Position numbers and translations under genes: made by a program
Shown: positions 18,339-28,855 of the stretch, piece after piece
Position numbering within the stretch: position 1 is the stretch's first letter
Layout: every line of letters begins with the position of its first letter
The notes under the pieces: model-generated
Told to the model about the DNA's origin: nothing
The model's input: only the letters and a program-made list of their open reading frames with translations
Database searches by the model: none
Source of the DNA: an uncultured Armatimonadetes bacterium
Lineage (GTDB): Bacteria; Armatimonadota; UBA5829; DTJY01
Assembly: GCA_963717145.1 (NCBI GenBank)
Contig: OY970325.1
Span: 3,456,001-3,520,000 of the forward strand
Direction: 5' to 3'
DNA: 64,000 bases

Positions 18339-19160
18339 TTAGGAGTACGAGTATGAACTACGCTTCCCGCGCGCGCCGCCCTTCAGCGCGGATACGAACC
18401 GGTTAACCTCGCCGAGCAGATCGTCGGTCCCTGCTTTGTCCGCGATCAGGTTGACCAGGGCGCTCCCGACGACCGCCGCGTCCGCATAGGAGCAGACCTC
18501 GGCGACATGCTCCGGGCTCGATATCCCGAAACCGACGGCTACAGGGAGAGGACTTCGAGCCCTGATCCGCTCAACCAGGCCCTCTATGCCTTCCGCAAGG
18601 CTGCTCTGTGCCCCGGTGACTCCGGTTCTCGATACACAGTATACAAAACCGGAGGCAAGCTCTACAACCTTTTCGATCCGCGAATCCGTGCTGGTCGGCG
18701 CTAAAAGAAAGATTGTATCCATCTTATGCGCTTCCGCCGCAGACTTCCAAGCGCCTGATTCCTCAGGTGTCAGGTCCGTGACGATCACCGCATCAGCGCC
18801 CGCATCCGATGCATCCCGTGCGAAGCGCTCCAATCCATATTGTCGGATGGGATTGTAGTATGTCATTAGAGTAATCGGCACATCGGAATCTTTTCTGATA
18901 GCGCGGACGAGTTCCAGAACGGACGAAACATTGACTCCGCGCTCGAGCGCCCGCATCGATGCGGCCTGGATGCTCGGTCCGTCGGCGATCGGATCGCTGA
19001 ACGGGATCCCCAGCTCGACGACGTCTGCGCCGGCTCGATCGAGTTCCAGCACAATGCGTCGAGTGGTGTCGATGTCGGGGTCGCCAACGGTCACGAAGCA
19101 GACGAGTCCACCTTCACCCTTGGCTTTCAGCCCGGCAAAACGCTTGCTGACCCTGCTCAT
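18339..19160 (-). CDS. trpA: Tryptophan synthase alpha chain
   Basis: [29 protein letters not shown]. Confidence 0.96.
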   Translation of the reverse strand: MSRVSKRFAGLKAKGEGGLVCFVTVGDPDIDTTRRIVLELDRAGADVVELGIPFSDPIADGPSIQAASMRALERGVNVSSVLELVRAIRKDSDVPITLMTYYNPIRQYGLERFARDASDAGADAVIVTDLTPEESGAWKSAAEAHKMDTIFLLAPTSTDSRIEKVVELASGFVYCVSRTGVTGAQSSLAEGIEGLVERIRARSPLPVAVGFGISSPEHVAEVCSYADAAVVGSALVNLIADKAGTDDLLGEVNRFVSALKGGARGKRSSYSYS

Positions 19161-20368
19161 TTCGCCACCTCCTTACACATGATACCGGAGGCGGTTTCGA
19201 CATCCTTATCGCCTCGACCCGAGAGGTTGATGATGACGATCCGGTCTTTCGCGAGCGTCGGCACGAGCTTCCTCGCATATGCCACCGCGTGCGCCGATTC
19301 GAGCGCCGGGATGATCCCCTCCGTGCGCGCGAGCCACTCGAACGCGTCGAGCGCCTCCGCATCGGTGATCGAGACGTACTCCGCACGGCCGGCATCCTTC
19401 AGGTAACTGTGCTCCGGGCCGACGCCCGGGTAATCGAGCCCCGCGGAGACAGAGTGCGTCTCGATGATCTGGCCGTCCGAGTCCTGGATCAGGTAGCTCG
19501 ATGCGCCGTGCAGGACTCCCGGCGACCCGGCGCTGAGGGTCGATGCGTGACGCCCGGTCTCGACTCCCTCACCGCCCGCCTCGACTCCGACGAGCTTGAC
19601 GCTCTCATCGCCAATGAAGTCGTAGAAGAGGCCCATCGAGTTGCTCCCGCCGCCAACACATGCGAGCAGATAATCAGGCAGGCGGCCTTCCTTCTCCAGT
19701 ATCTGTCGCCTGGCCTCCCTGCCGATGACCGACTGGAAATCGCGGACCATCACCGGGAATGGATGCGGGCCGGCGACCGTTCCGAAGATGTAGTGGGTAT
19801 GCTCGACGTTGGTCACCCAGTCGCGCATCGCCTCGTTTATCGCGTCTTTCAAGGTGCGCGAACCGGACTCTACCGATACTACTGTTGCCCCTAACAACCT
19901 CATCCTAAACACATTGAGCGCTTGCCGCCTGATGTCTTCCTCGCCCATGTAGATCATGCACTCGTAATTGAAAAGCGCGCATCCGGTCGCGGTGGCGACT
20001 CCATGTTGGCCCGCGCCCGTTTCGGCGATCATGCGAGGCTTCCCCATGCGCCTGGCGAGGAGTATCTGGCCCATGACGTTGTTCATCTTGTGCGAGCCGG
20101 TGTGGCAGAGGTCCTCGCGCTTGATGTAGACCTTCGCGCCGCCGAGTTCGCGGGTGATCCGCTCGGCGAAGTATAGCGGGGTCGGCCGGCCGATGTAGTC
20201 CTTGAGGTAGTAGTCAAGCTCCTCCTGGAAGGCGGGATCGTTCTTCGCCCGCTCGTATTCCTCGGCGAGCTGGTCGAGCGCGGGGATCAGCGTCTCAGGC
20301 ACATATCGCCCGCCGAACTCCCCGAAGTGGCCCAACTGATCGGGCAGGTCAGATGCTGCTTTTGGCAT
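19157..20368 (-). CDS. trpB: Tryptophan synthase beta chain
   Basis: [34 protein letters not shown]; start at ATG 20368. Confidence 0.97.
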   Translation of the reverse strand: MPKAASDLPDQLGHFGEFGGRYVPETLIPALDQLAEEYERAKNDPAFQEELDYYLKDYIGRPTPLYFAERITRELGGAKVYIKREDLCHTGSHKMNNVMGQILLARRMGKPRMIAETGAGQHGVATATGCALFNYECMIYMGEEDIRRQALNVFRMRLLGATVVSVESGSRTLKDAINEAMRDWVTNVEHTHYIFGTVAGPHPFPVMVRDFQSVIGREARRQILEKEGRLPDYLLACVGGGSNSMGLFYDFIGDESVKLVGVEAGGEGVETGRHASTLSAGSPGVLHGASSYLIQDSDGQIIETHSVSAGLDYPGVGPEHSYLKDAGRAEYVSITDAEALDAFEWLARTEGIIPALESAHAVAYARKLVPTLAKDRIVIINLSGRGDKDVETASGIMCKEVAK

Positions 20369-20993
20369 TATCGATAAACTCCTTGATCTTTGAGTGGTCT
20401 TTCTTCCCGGGCGACGCCTCGACGCCGGTGGAGACATCGACGGCGTAGGGACGGACCTTCCGCACGGCTTCGGCGACGTTCTCGGAAGTGAGTCCTCCCG
20501 CGAGGATGATTGGCTTCCCAAGCGATTGGGCCTTCACGGCGAGGTCCCAGTCGAACGTCCGGCCCGTTCCACCCATCAGCCCTTCGACGTGGGTATCGAG
20601 CAGGAATGCGGCGCACATGCGGCTTGGCCGGTCCTTCGCTGCCTGACTTATATCCTCCCCGCACTTCACCCTGAGCGCCCGGATGATCCTGTACCAACCG
20701 AAGCCGCCATTGGGCGATGCGAGGTCCGTCATCGGGCCGGTAATGCCATGCAACTGGGCGAAGTGCACGCCGGTTTGCTTCCATGTCTTGAAAACGTCAT
20801 CCACATCCTGGTTCGCGAAGACTCCGACGGTCGTGATGAACGGCGGAATTCGCTCGAGTATGCCCCCAACGGTCGCGACATCCACCTTCCTCGGGCTCTC
20901 GGCGAAGACGAACCCGAGCGCATCGGCCCCGGCCTCGATGGCGGCCATGGCATCGTCGATATTCGTAATCCCGCAAATCTTGACTCGAATCAT
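20349..20993 (-). CDS. trpF: Phosphoribosylanthranilate isomerase
   Basis: [29 protein letters not shown]. Confidence 0.95.
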   Translation of the reverse strand: MIRVKICGITNIDDAMAAIEAGADALGFVFAESPRKVDVATVGGILERIPPFITTVGVFANQDVDDVFKTWKQTGVHFAQLHGITGPMTDLASPNGGFGWYRIIRALRVKCGEDISQAAKDRPSRMCAAFLLDTHVEGLMGGTGRTFDWDLAVKAQSLGKPIILAGGLTSENVAEAVRKVRPYAVDVSTGVEASPGKKDHSKIKEFIDNAKSSI

Positions 20994-21011
20994 CCGCTTA
21001 TAAGACCCGCT

Positions 21012-21131
21012 AGCCCTGAGTGCGCCGGTGAATGACGGCGTGTATCGAAGGGCGGTCGCCCCTAGCCATACGTCGGTTCTCCGCAGGCCGCCCTTCGATA
21101 CACGCCGTCATTCACCGGCGCACTCAGGGCT
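21012..21131. repeat. REP-like palindrome with 44-bp perfect arms inside the trp operon; contains the trpC stop codon
   Basis: AGCCCTGAGTGCGCCGGTGAATGACGGCGTGTATCGAAGGGCGG and its reverse complement. Confidence 0.92.
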
Positions 21132-21944
21132 GACGGGGTTTGCCGCCTCTCCCAGTAACTCCTTGACCTTGGTTCCGGGATCCGGCTCGCGCATGAGCGA
21201 CTCGCCGACGAGGATCGCATCGACCCCGGCGGCCATCAGGCGCTCGACGTCCGCGCGAGTGTTGATTCCACTCTCGCTCACCAGGACCTTGTCCGGCGGG
21301 ACCTTCGCGGCCAGTTCCAGTGTCGTCTCGATCGTCGTCTCGAACGTCTGAAGGTTCCGGTTGTTGATCCCGATGATGTCCGCGCCGACCGATAGCGCGG
21401 TACCCAGTTCCGACTCAGTGTGCACCTCGACGAGCGCATCCATCCCGAGGTTGCGCGTGAGGTCGAGGAGCGTGTGGAGATCGCCGAGCGATAGTGCGGC
21501 CACTATGAGCAGAATGGCATCGGCGCCGGCAGCGCGGCTCTCGTAGACCTGGATGCGGTCGATGATGAAATCCTTGCGCAGAAGGGGCAGCCCGACCGCC
21601 TCTCGGATCTGCGTCAGATACCCCAGCTTGCCTTGGAAGTACTTCTCGTCGGTCAGCACCGAGATCGCCGACGCGCCCGATTCCTCGTACCTGCGGGCGA
21701 TCGTCACGGGGTCGAAGTCCGGGCGGATCAGGCCCTTCGACGGTGACGCCTTCTTCACCTCGGCGATCAGGCGGATTTCGGATTTCGGATTTCGGATTTC
21801 GGATTTGCCACCGGCGACCGCTGCCTTGAATCCCCGCGGCGTGTCGGCCTCGAGGGCGAGGGCCATGAGGTACTCCGGCGGAGAAGCGAGGTGCAGCGCC
21901 TCGACTTCGGCGCGCTTGTCTGCAAGGATCTTATCGAGGATCAA
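21108..21944 (-). CDS. trpC: Indole-3-glycerol phosphate synthase with in-frame heptamer tract
   Basis: IAEVKKASPSKG, SVLTD, LRKDFI, GINNRNL; TTG start overlaps the trpD stop. Confidence 0.95.
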   Translation of the reverse strand: MILDKILADKRAEVEALHLASPPEYLMALALEADTPRGFKAAVAGGKSEIRNPKSEIRLIAEVKKASPSKGLIRPDFDPVTIARRYEESGASAISVLTDEKYFQGKLGYLTQIREAVGLPLLRKDFIIDRIQVYESRAAGADAILLIVAALSLGDLHTLLDLTRNLGMDALVEVHTESELGTALSVGADIIGINNRNLQTFETTIETTLELAAKVPPDKVLVSESGINTRADVERLMAAGVDAILVGESLMREPDPGTKVKELLGEAANPVSPECAGE

Positions 21945-22969
21945 CTCTGTGACAGCTCCTTGCTCAGTTTCCTCAGCCGATCCAGCGCCTCGGCGGCCTT
22001 CCCGCTCTCGATTGACTCGCGGGCGAGTTCGATGCCCTCCCTGATGGATGCGACCTTGCCTGCGACCTTGAGCGCGGCGCCGGCGTTCAGGCACACGATG
22101 TCTCTGCGCGGGCCGGGCTCGTTGCGGAGGACCGACTCCGCGATCCGGGCGCTCTCGGCGGGATCCGCGCCCTGCGCCAACTGCTCGCGACCCGCGGTCG
22201 GGAGTCCGAACTCGTCGGGGGTTATCTCATAGGTCTCCAGCTTGCCGTCGGACAACTCCGTGATCTTCGTGCGGCCGAGGGTCGAAAGCTCGTCGATGCC
22301 GTCATGCCCGTGAGCCACGATCGCCGACTCGCTGCCGAGTTCCCTCAGCACGCCGGCCATCAGTTCGGTCAGATGCTCCTGGAAGACGCCGATGATCTGC
22401 CTGCGAGCGCCGGCCGGATTGGTGAGCGGGCCGAGGATGTTAAATACCGTCCGGATGCCGATCTCCTTGCGCGGCCCGATCGCATGCTTCATCGAGGGAT
22501 GGCATGCAGGGGCGAAGAGGAATCCGATGCCCGCCTCGTCGATGCATCGTCCGACCTGCTCCGGCCCGAGCGTGATATCGACACCCAGGGCTTCGAGCAC
22601 ATCGGCGCTCCCGCACTTGCTCGACATCGCGCGGTTTCCGTGCTTGGCGACCGGGACGCCCGCTCCGACGACGACGAACGCTGCGGTGGTCGAGATGTTG
22701 AACGTGCCGAGGCCGTCGCCGCCGGTTCCGCAGGTGTCGATCAGCTCGGACTGGCGGCTAGTCGGGATGCGGACGGACTTCTCGCGCATGGTGCGGGCGA
22801 ACCCGCTCACCTCACCGACCGTCTCGCCCTTCATGCGGAGCGCGGTGATCAGGCCGGCGATCTGGGCGGGAGTCGCCTCGCCGTCCATGATCTCGGTCAT
22901 GACCCCCGCGGCCTCATCTTCGCTGAGATGCTCGCCGGACACTATCTTGTTGATGGCTTCTCGGATCAT
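21941..22969 (-). CDS. trpD: Anthranilate phosphoribosyltransferase
   Basis: DTCGTGGDG, NISTT, KHGNRAMSSKCGSAD. Confidence 0.96.
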   Translation of the reverse strand: MIREAINKIVSGEHLSEDEAAGVMTEIMDGEATPAQIAGLITALRMKGETVGEVSGFARTMREKSVRIPTSRQSELIDTCGTGGDGLGTFNISTTAAFVVVGAGVPVAKHGNRAMSSKCGSADVLEALGVDITLGPEQVGRCIDEAGIGFLFAPACHPSMKHAIGPRKEIGIRTVFNILGPLTNPAGARRQIIGVFQEHLTELMAGVLRELGSESAIVAHGHDGIDELSTLGRTKITELSDGKLETYEITPDEFGLPTAGREQLAQGADPAESARIAESVLRNEPGPRRDIVCLNAGAALKVAGKVASIREGIELARESIESGKAAEALDRLRKLSKELSQS

Positions 22970-22988
22970 TCTCAATACCCTCTACGAC

Positions 22989-24018
22989 CTAGTTGGCGGC
23001 CTGCTCCCCAATGGTGATTCCACGGGTCTTGTTATCCCTGTTGACCTTCATACCAAGTCTTTCGGCGACCGTGGCTATCGGGGCATGGAAGCTCGACCAC
23101 TCGATGCGAGGCGCGGCCGGCAGAGCGATCTTCTCTCCGTTCAGAGTGGCGTTCGTCGAACCGAGCCTTCATTCGCAGCGAGTGGCCACGGTATGAGACT
23201 AGGCATTCCTTCCTGGCACTATCCCAGGCGACTTTGCAGCCTTCGATATCCTCAAGACGGAGAACGTGCGCCACCGCGATGCCCTTCTCGCCGAAAAGCC
23301 GAGGATCGCTGATACCGACATAGATGCCGTCATCTCCAACCCAGAGTTTCCATGGCTCCATGTGAACGTGGATATTGTCGCTCGGTTCGAAATCCCTGGC
23401 GCTCCAGACGATCGTGCTGCCCTTCTGTACATAGCCCTTGTCGTGAGACGGCATGATCTTGTAGAAGGAGTCAACACCGGAGGCGTCGACGGTTACGACA
23501 GCCTTCCCGATCTTGCCTTTCCAGCTCTTACCTGTCCGCAGAACATATGAGAAGAATGATGCTCCCATGCTGTCTCCACCCAGGGATGAGATGCATTCAT
23601 CGACTACCGTGCGTGTCTGGTTGGCGCCGAATCGTACGTCTTTCACATGCCATGCCTCATACTCCATTGACTGACCTTTGGCGGAGGGAATCAGCTTCGT
23701 ACCGACCGGCTTGCCGTCCACCCAGGACTTGAAGCTCTTGAACTCGGTGGTCACTATGGGCCGTGCGGAATCACCCCACGACCACTCAGGGAAGCCCATC
23801 TTGACGGTTGTCGCCGGCCCTTCATTCTTGAACACAAACTCACACCGCACCTTGACATCGTCCCGGCCAATGCGAGCATCGACCTTCTCCCTAACCATCC
23901 GTATCGACGGATGGCTATCCATGGGAGCGACCGCGCCTCCGACGCCGCGGACCGCAGCATCATTGGCGCAGGCAACAACAGACAGACTCACCAGTAACAC
24001 CGTCAAAGCGCACTTCAT
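22989..24018 (-). CDS. Secreted DUF4424-like protein with C-terminal copper amine oxidase N-terminal-like domain (frameshift near 23165)
   Basis: Signal peptide, FVFKNEG..MGFP, YVLRTGKSWKGKIG. The alternative frame continues GSTNATLNGEKIALPAAP...LGMKV to a TAG at 22989. Confidence 0.6.
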
Positions 24019-24050
24019 GAACTGCCTCCTGTTTGAGCTATGGGACGGAC

Positions 24051-24624
24051 TCAGTACTTCATCCCCAGGAAGTTCCGGAGCAGGCGCTTGCCGTCCTGCG
24101 TGAGGATCGACTCGGGGTGGAACTGGACGCCCTCGACGATGAACTCCTTGTGCCGCACGCCCATGATCTCGCCGATGTCGGTCTCGGCGGTGATCTCCAG
24201 GCAGTCCGGGATGCGTCGTCGCGCTCGATCACCAGCGAGTGGTACCGGGTCGCCTCGAACGGGTTCGGCAGGCCCTCGAAGACGCCCTTGCCGTCGTGAT
24301 GGATCATCGAGGTCTTGCCGTGCATCAGCCGGCCTGCGCGGACGACCTCGCCGCCGAACGCGTATCCGATGCTCTGATGGCCCAGGCAGACGCCGAGGAT
24401 CGGCATCTTGCCCGCGAAGCGCTGGTGATCGTCTCGACCGAGATGCCGGCCTCCTTCGGCGTGCACGGGCCGGGCGAGATCACGATGCGGTCGGGCTTCA
24501 GCTCCTCGATCTCGTCGATCGTGATCTTGTCGTTGCGGTACACCTGAAGCTCCTCGCCCATCTCGCCCAGGTACTGGACCAGGTTGTAGGTGAAGCTGTC
24601 GTAGTTGTCGATCATCAAAATCAT
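24051..24624 (-). CDS. trpG: Anthranilate synthase component II (two frameshifts, near 24425 and 24215)
   Basis: [33 protein letters not shown] and GVQFHPES spread over three frames. Confidence 0.88.
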
Positions 24625-24641
24625 CGTGTACCTCATTTTGG

Positions 24642-24728
24642 AACACAGATGGCACAGATTGCAGAGGATGACATGGATAAAGGCATTATCCGTATTATCT
24701 GTGTTCTGATCCGTGGAATCTGTGTTCT
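24642..24728. repeat. Imperfect inverted repeat element (AACACAGAT family)
   Basis: GAACACAGATGGCACAGAT...ATCTGTGTTC; related to 36987-37160. Confidence 0.65.
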
Positions 24729-26209
24729 AATCCAATCCCTGCTGGGCAAGCTCGATGGCCTTCAGCATCGCTCCGGCCTTGTTCATGCGTCTCCTGGTAC
24801 TCGTTCTCGGGCACGGAGTCGGCGACGACTCCGCCGCCCGCCTGCATGTATGCCATGCCGTCCTTCACCAGGATCGTGCGGATGGTGATGCACGTGTCCA
24901 TGTTGCCCGAGAAGCTGAAGTAGCCGATCGCGCCGGCATACGTCCCGCGCCTCGTCGGCTCAAGCTCGTCGATGATCTCCATCGCCCGGATCTTCGGCGC
25001 TCCGGAGACTGTTCCCGCCGGGAAGGTCGCCCGCAGCACGTCGAACTGGTCCTTCCGTCGGCGAGTTCGCCTCGGACGTTCGAGACGATGTGCATCACGT
25101 GCGAATAGCGCTCGATCGCCATCAGTTGATCGACCTCGACGGTGCCGAACTTGCAGACACGGCCGATGTCGTTCCGGCCGAGGTCGACGAGCATGATGTG
25201 CTCGGCGCGCTCCTTCTCGTCCGCCAGCAGTTCCTTCTCGAGCGCCTGATCCTCTTCCTCGGTCTTCCCGCGTCGCCGCGTGCCCGGCGATCGGCCGCGT
25301 GGTGACCTCGCCTCGCTCCTCTGTGACCAGGATCTCGGGCGACGAGCCGATCAGCTTCAGGTCGTCGTAGTTCAGATAGTACATGTACGGCGACGGGTTG
25401 ACCGATCGCAGCGCCCGGTAGACGTCGAACGGATCCGCCTGGAGCGGGACCGAGAGCCTCTGCGACGGCACGATCTGGATGATGTCGCCGGCCTTGATGT
25501 ATTCCTTGGCGGCCTCGACCATCTTCTCGTACTGCCCCTTGGTCATGTTCGAGACCGGCTTGAGCGCCTTGCCCTTGCTCTCTTTCGGCGTGACGGCGGG
25601 CAGAGGCTGATGGAGTCGGCCGACCACCTCATCGATCTTCTCGCAGGCGAGCGCATAAGTCGTCGCGGGATCCGAGCCGACCTCCGGCGTGCAGACGACT
25701 TTGATGCGGTGCTTGACGTGATCGAAGACGAGCAGAATATCGGTGAGCAGGAAGAGCGCGTCCGGGACTTCGAGGTCGTCAACCGTCGTGTCCGGAAGGT
25801 TCTCGAAGAATCGGACGGTGTCGTAGCCGATATATCCAACCGCGCCGCCACAGAACCGAGGCAGTTCCGGGTCATCGACGTAATTGTACCGGGCGAGCAG
25901 TTTCTCCAGAACGTGCAGCGGGTCCTCGCCGTCTTTGAGCTGCACCTTGTCCGCGCGCCACCGCTCGACGGTCTGCACCTCGCGTCCCTTGCTCTTCATG
26001 ACGAGGAACGGATCGGTGCCGAGGAATGAGTAGCGGGCCATACGCTCGCCGCCCTCGACGCTCTCGAGCAGGAAGGAGTACTTCCCCCGCGCGATCTTCC
26101 TGTAGGCCGAGACCGGCGTCTCCATGTCGGCAAGGACCTCGCGATAGACGGGAATGAGGTTGCCCTGCGCCGAGCGTCGGATGAACTCTTCTTTGGTGGG
26201 ATGGTACAT
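24727..26209 (-). CDS. trpE: Anthranilate synthase component I (frameshifts near 25280, 25055 and 24788)
   Basis: [48 protein letters not shown]. Confidence 0.9.
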
Positions 26210-26244
26210 TGTCGCCTGCCCCCGGACGATTGGAATGTGAACGT

Positions 26245-26274
26245 ATTTTAACAGAACTCATCCGTTCTGGTCAA
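26245..26274 (-). promoter_or_regulatory. Putative trp operon promoter with palindrome in the spacer
   Basis: TTGACC-18-TAAAAT; CAGAAC-N6-GTTCTG lies between the boxes. Confidence 0.5.
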
Positions 26275-26289
26275 TGCCTCACAAACTGG

Positions 26290-26318
26290 TTGACGTCTCG
26301 TCGATTCACTGCTACAAT
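26290..26318 (+). promoter_or_regulatory. Sigma70-type promoter for the amidase gene
   Basis: TTGACG-17-TACAAT. Confidence 0.6.
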
Positions 26319-26447
26319 CGGGGCGTATCACTCGGCTACTCCACGTGTGATCGTTTCCCACCAAGACACGTAACTCAAGAACTACTCTCCCAAGGCCACC
26401 GGCGATCAGGTGGAACCGAGTGAAAATATCTCATGGGAGGGATGTGC

Positions 26448-28604
26448 ATGAAAGACCATAGTCTTTCGACCAGGTTCGCTCTGCCCCTTATCGTCCTGCT
26501 GTGCCTGCTACTGAGCGGCATAGCTCATGCCGGGGCAGTCGTGTTCTTCAGCCAGGACGGTAGATTGACCGCCGTAGATGACCCCAGCGTCATGGACCCC
26601 GTGTCCGCACTCAACGCACTTGTCGCCGGCCCGTCGGCATGGGGGCTCGTCTCCTCGATTCCCGCCGGTACTAAGCTGAGGAACATCGACATTACCGCGG
26701 ATGGTGTGACTGTCGACTTCTCCTCGGCGATACTCGCCGGACTCGACGAGGTTGCGGTCGAGTCGATCTTCAAGCAGGTCAACTGGACGATGCGCCAGTT
26801 CCGGCTGGACAAGTCGGTCAAGCTTACGGTGAACGGCAAGCTGCTCTCCGACTACCTTCCGCCAACTCCGCAGATCGAGCCCGCCGCCGCAACGATGATG
26901 GCGGTCGAGGCGACGACCTTGACCGGAAGCCTCTCCGACAGGAGCATCACGCTTTCCCCGGGGCACGGCCTGTTCTGGAATGGCAGCGGCTGGTATACTC
27001 AGCGGCCGGCCTACTGTGCGCCGTTGAACCAGGAGGACTACCACAACCTGGAGATGTGCCAGTACCTGAGGGTCTTCCTCGAGAATGACGGGATGCTCGT
27101 CAAGGTACCCCGCGAGACCGACAAGAATGCTCCGGGCAACTACAATGGGTTCCCCTGGTGGCAGATGGCCTCGCCGTACTACCTTCAGGCGCAGGGCTAC
27201 CCCTGCTCGGTCTACGGCAGCTACAGCGGCTGCTCCCTGGGCGACGGCGCAACCGAAGTGAACGACGACATCCGCGCCAGGCCGCTCGCATCGGACCTGG
27301 ACAACACTGACATCTACATCTCGGTCCACACCAACGGCCTGGCCGGCAACTGCTATGGTGGCTCGTGCCCGACCGGTACGGAGACCTATTACGATCTTAC
27401 CAGCAAAGAGCACAAGAACTACGGCGTGGTCAGCCAGACCCTTGCCAATGCGGTGAACCCCGCGATCATGAGCGCCATCGTGGCGAATGTCGACGGGACC
27501 TGGACTTGCCATGGAGCATGCACGAAGGACTCCGCCGGCAACTATGGCGAGATCCGCATCCCGGACAGAGCAGCGGTCCTGGTCGAGTTGGCATTCCACG
27601 ACAGTTGCGACAGGGATGCCGACATCAACCACCTCCGCGACAACTTCTTCCGCTCGGCGGCGATGTGGGGCATCTACAAGGGCGTCTGCGACTACTACGG
27701 CGTCGCTCCGACATGGGGTTTCTACTCGTCCGAGTACGTCAGCGATGACATCCCGGCCACAATGGCTCCCGGTGAGGTCCGCCAGGTACACATCACGATG
27801 CGCAACAAGGGCGGCGTCTGGAGTGAGGCCCGAGCGTTCAGGCTCGGCGCGGTCGGCGATACCGATCCCTTCAGCACGGCCACGAGATACACCATCGCCG
27901 GCGAAGTGGGACCCAGCGGCGAGTACACCTTCGCCCTGAACTTCACGGCTCCCACGACCGAAGGCGACTACCTGACCGACTGGCAGATGGTTCGCGACGG
28001 GGTGACCTGGTTCGGCGCGACTCTGAGCCACCCGGTCCACGTCGGAGCCCCGGACACCGAGCCGCCGACCGTTCCGACGAATCTCGCGGCCAATGCCGTG
28101 TCCGGTACTCAGGTCGATCTGACCTGGACGGCCTCCACCGACAACATCGGTGTCACCGGCTACAATGTCTACCGAGACTCGGTGAATATCGGTTCGAGCG
28201 CGACTACATCCTACTCAGACACGACCTGTTCGCCGAACACGACCTACACCTACGAGGTGACGGCATACGATGCGGCGGAGAACGAGTCCGGGATGAGCAC
28301 TCCGGCAGTCGTGACGACCCCTGGTGACACGACTCCGCCTGTGATCTCGAACGTGGCGGCGGTCGGGAGCAGGACGACCGCCACGGTCACCTGGAATACC
28401 GACGAGCCGGCCACCAGCCAGGTGGAGTACGGCCTGACAACCGCCTATGGGAGTCTGACGACAATCGACACCAACCTGGTGACCGGGCATTCCGTCGGAC
28501 TGAGCGGTCTGACTCGGCGGACAACGTATCACTACAGGGTAAGGTCGAAGGATGCGGCGCAGAATGAGGCCGTCTCCGGGGACTACACCTTCGCGACGAA
28601 CTGA
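26448..28604 (+). CDS. Secreted N-acetylmuramoyl-L-alanine amidase (GerMN + Amidase_3 + Ig-like + FN3 domains)
   Basis: Signal peptide, ALVAGP..TVDFS (GerMN), SPGHG/SVHTN/VELAFH, FN3-like WTASTDNIGVTGY. Confidence 0.8.
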   Translation: MKDHSLSTRFALPLIVLLCLLLSGIAHAGAVVFFSQDGRLTAVDDPSVMDPVSALNALVAGPSAWGLVSSIPAGTKLRNIDITADGVTVDFSSAILAGLDEVAVESIFKQVNWTMRQFRLDKSVKLTVNGKLLSDYLPPTPQIEPAAATMMAVEATTLTGSLSDRSITLSPGHGLFWNGSGWYTQRPAYCAPLNQEDYHNLEMCQYLRVFLENDGMLVKVPRETDKNAPGNYNGFPWWQMASPYYLQAQGYPCSVYGSYSGCSLGDGATEVNDDIRARPLASDLDNTDIYISVHTNGLAGNCYGGSCPTGTETYYDLTSKEHKNYGVVSQTLANAVNPAIMSAIVANVDGTWTCHGACTKDSAGNYGEIRIPDRAAVLVELAFHDSCDRDADINHLRDNFFRSAAMWGIYKGVCDYYGVAPTWGFYSSEYVSDDIPATMAPGEVRQVHITMRNKGGVWSEARAFRLGAVGDTDPFSTATRYTIAGEVGPSGEYTFALNFTAPTTEGDYLTDWQMVRDGVTWFGATLSHPVHVGAPDTEPPTVPTNLAANAVSGTQVDLTWTASTDNIGVTGYNVYRDSVNIGSSATTSYSDTTCSPNTTYTYEVTAYDAAENESGMSTPAVVTTPGDTTPPVISNVAAVGSRTTATVTWNTDEPATSQVEYGLTTAYGSLTTIDTNLVTGHSVGLSGLTRRTTYHYRVRSKDAAQNEAVSGDYTFATN

Positions 28605-28616
28605 GGAAGGTGCTCC

Positions 28617-28760
28617 ATAGGGGAGGCCTTCAGCGGCCTCCCGGTTCGGAACGGGTTCCGTAGTGGAGGCCTTCAGCGGCCTCCCGGTTCGGAACGGGTT
28701 CCGTAGGGGAGGCCTTCAACGGCCTCCCGGTCCGGGCGGGCGTAGAAGCCCGCCCCTACG
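28617..28760. repeat. Three tandem REP units with 43-bp period plus GGGCGGGCGTAGAAGCCCGCCCCTAC
   Basis: TAGGGGAGGCCTTCA(G/A)CGGCCTCCCGG-like units at 28618, 28661 and 28704. Confidence 0.9.
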
Positions 28761-28782
28761 GTTCCACGGACCATGCAAGCAG

Positions 28783-28815
28783 AGAGCGGGCCCGCACGAT
28801 GCGGGCCCGCTCTTT
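28783..28815 (+). terminator. Hairpin terminator between convergent amidase and nagZ
   Basis: 14-bp stem AGAGCGGGCCCGCA-CGA-TGCGGGCCCGCTCT followed by a short T run. Confidence 0.65.
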
Positions 28816-28855
28816 CGAATTCATATCGCCTGAGTAATGGCCGAGGCGCGGCCTT

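Noticed and set aside
28617-28760. Regularly spaced palindromic repeats resembling a CRISPR array
   Set aside because: The intervening sequences are identical rather than unique spacers, the unit is the dispersed REP, and no cas genes are present.
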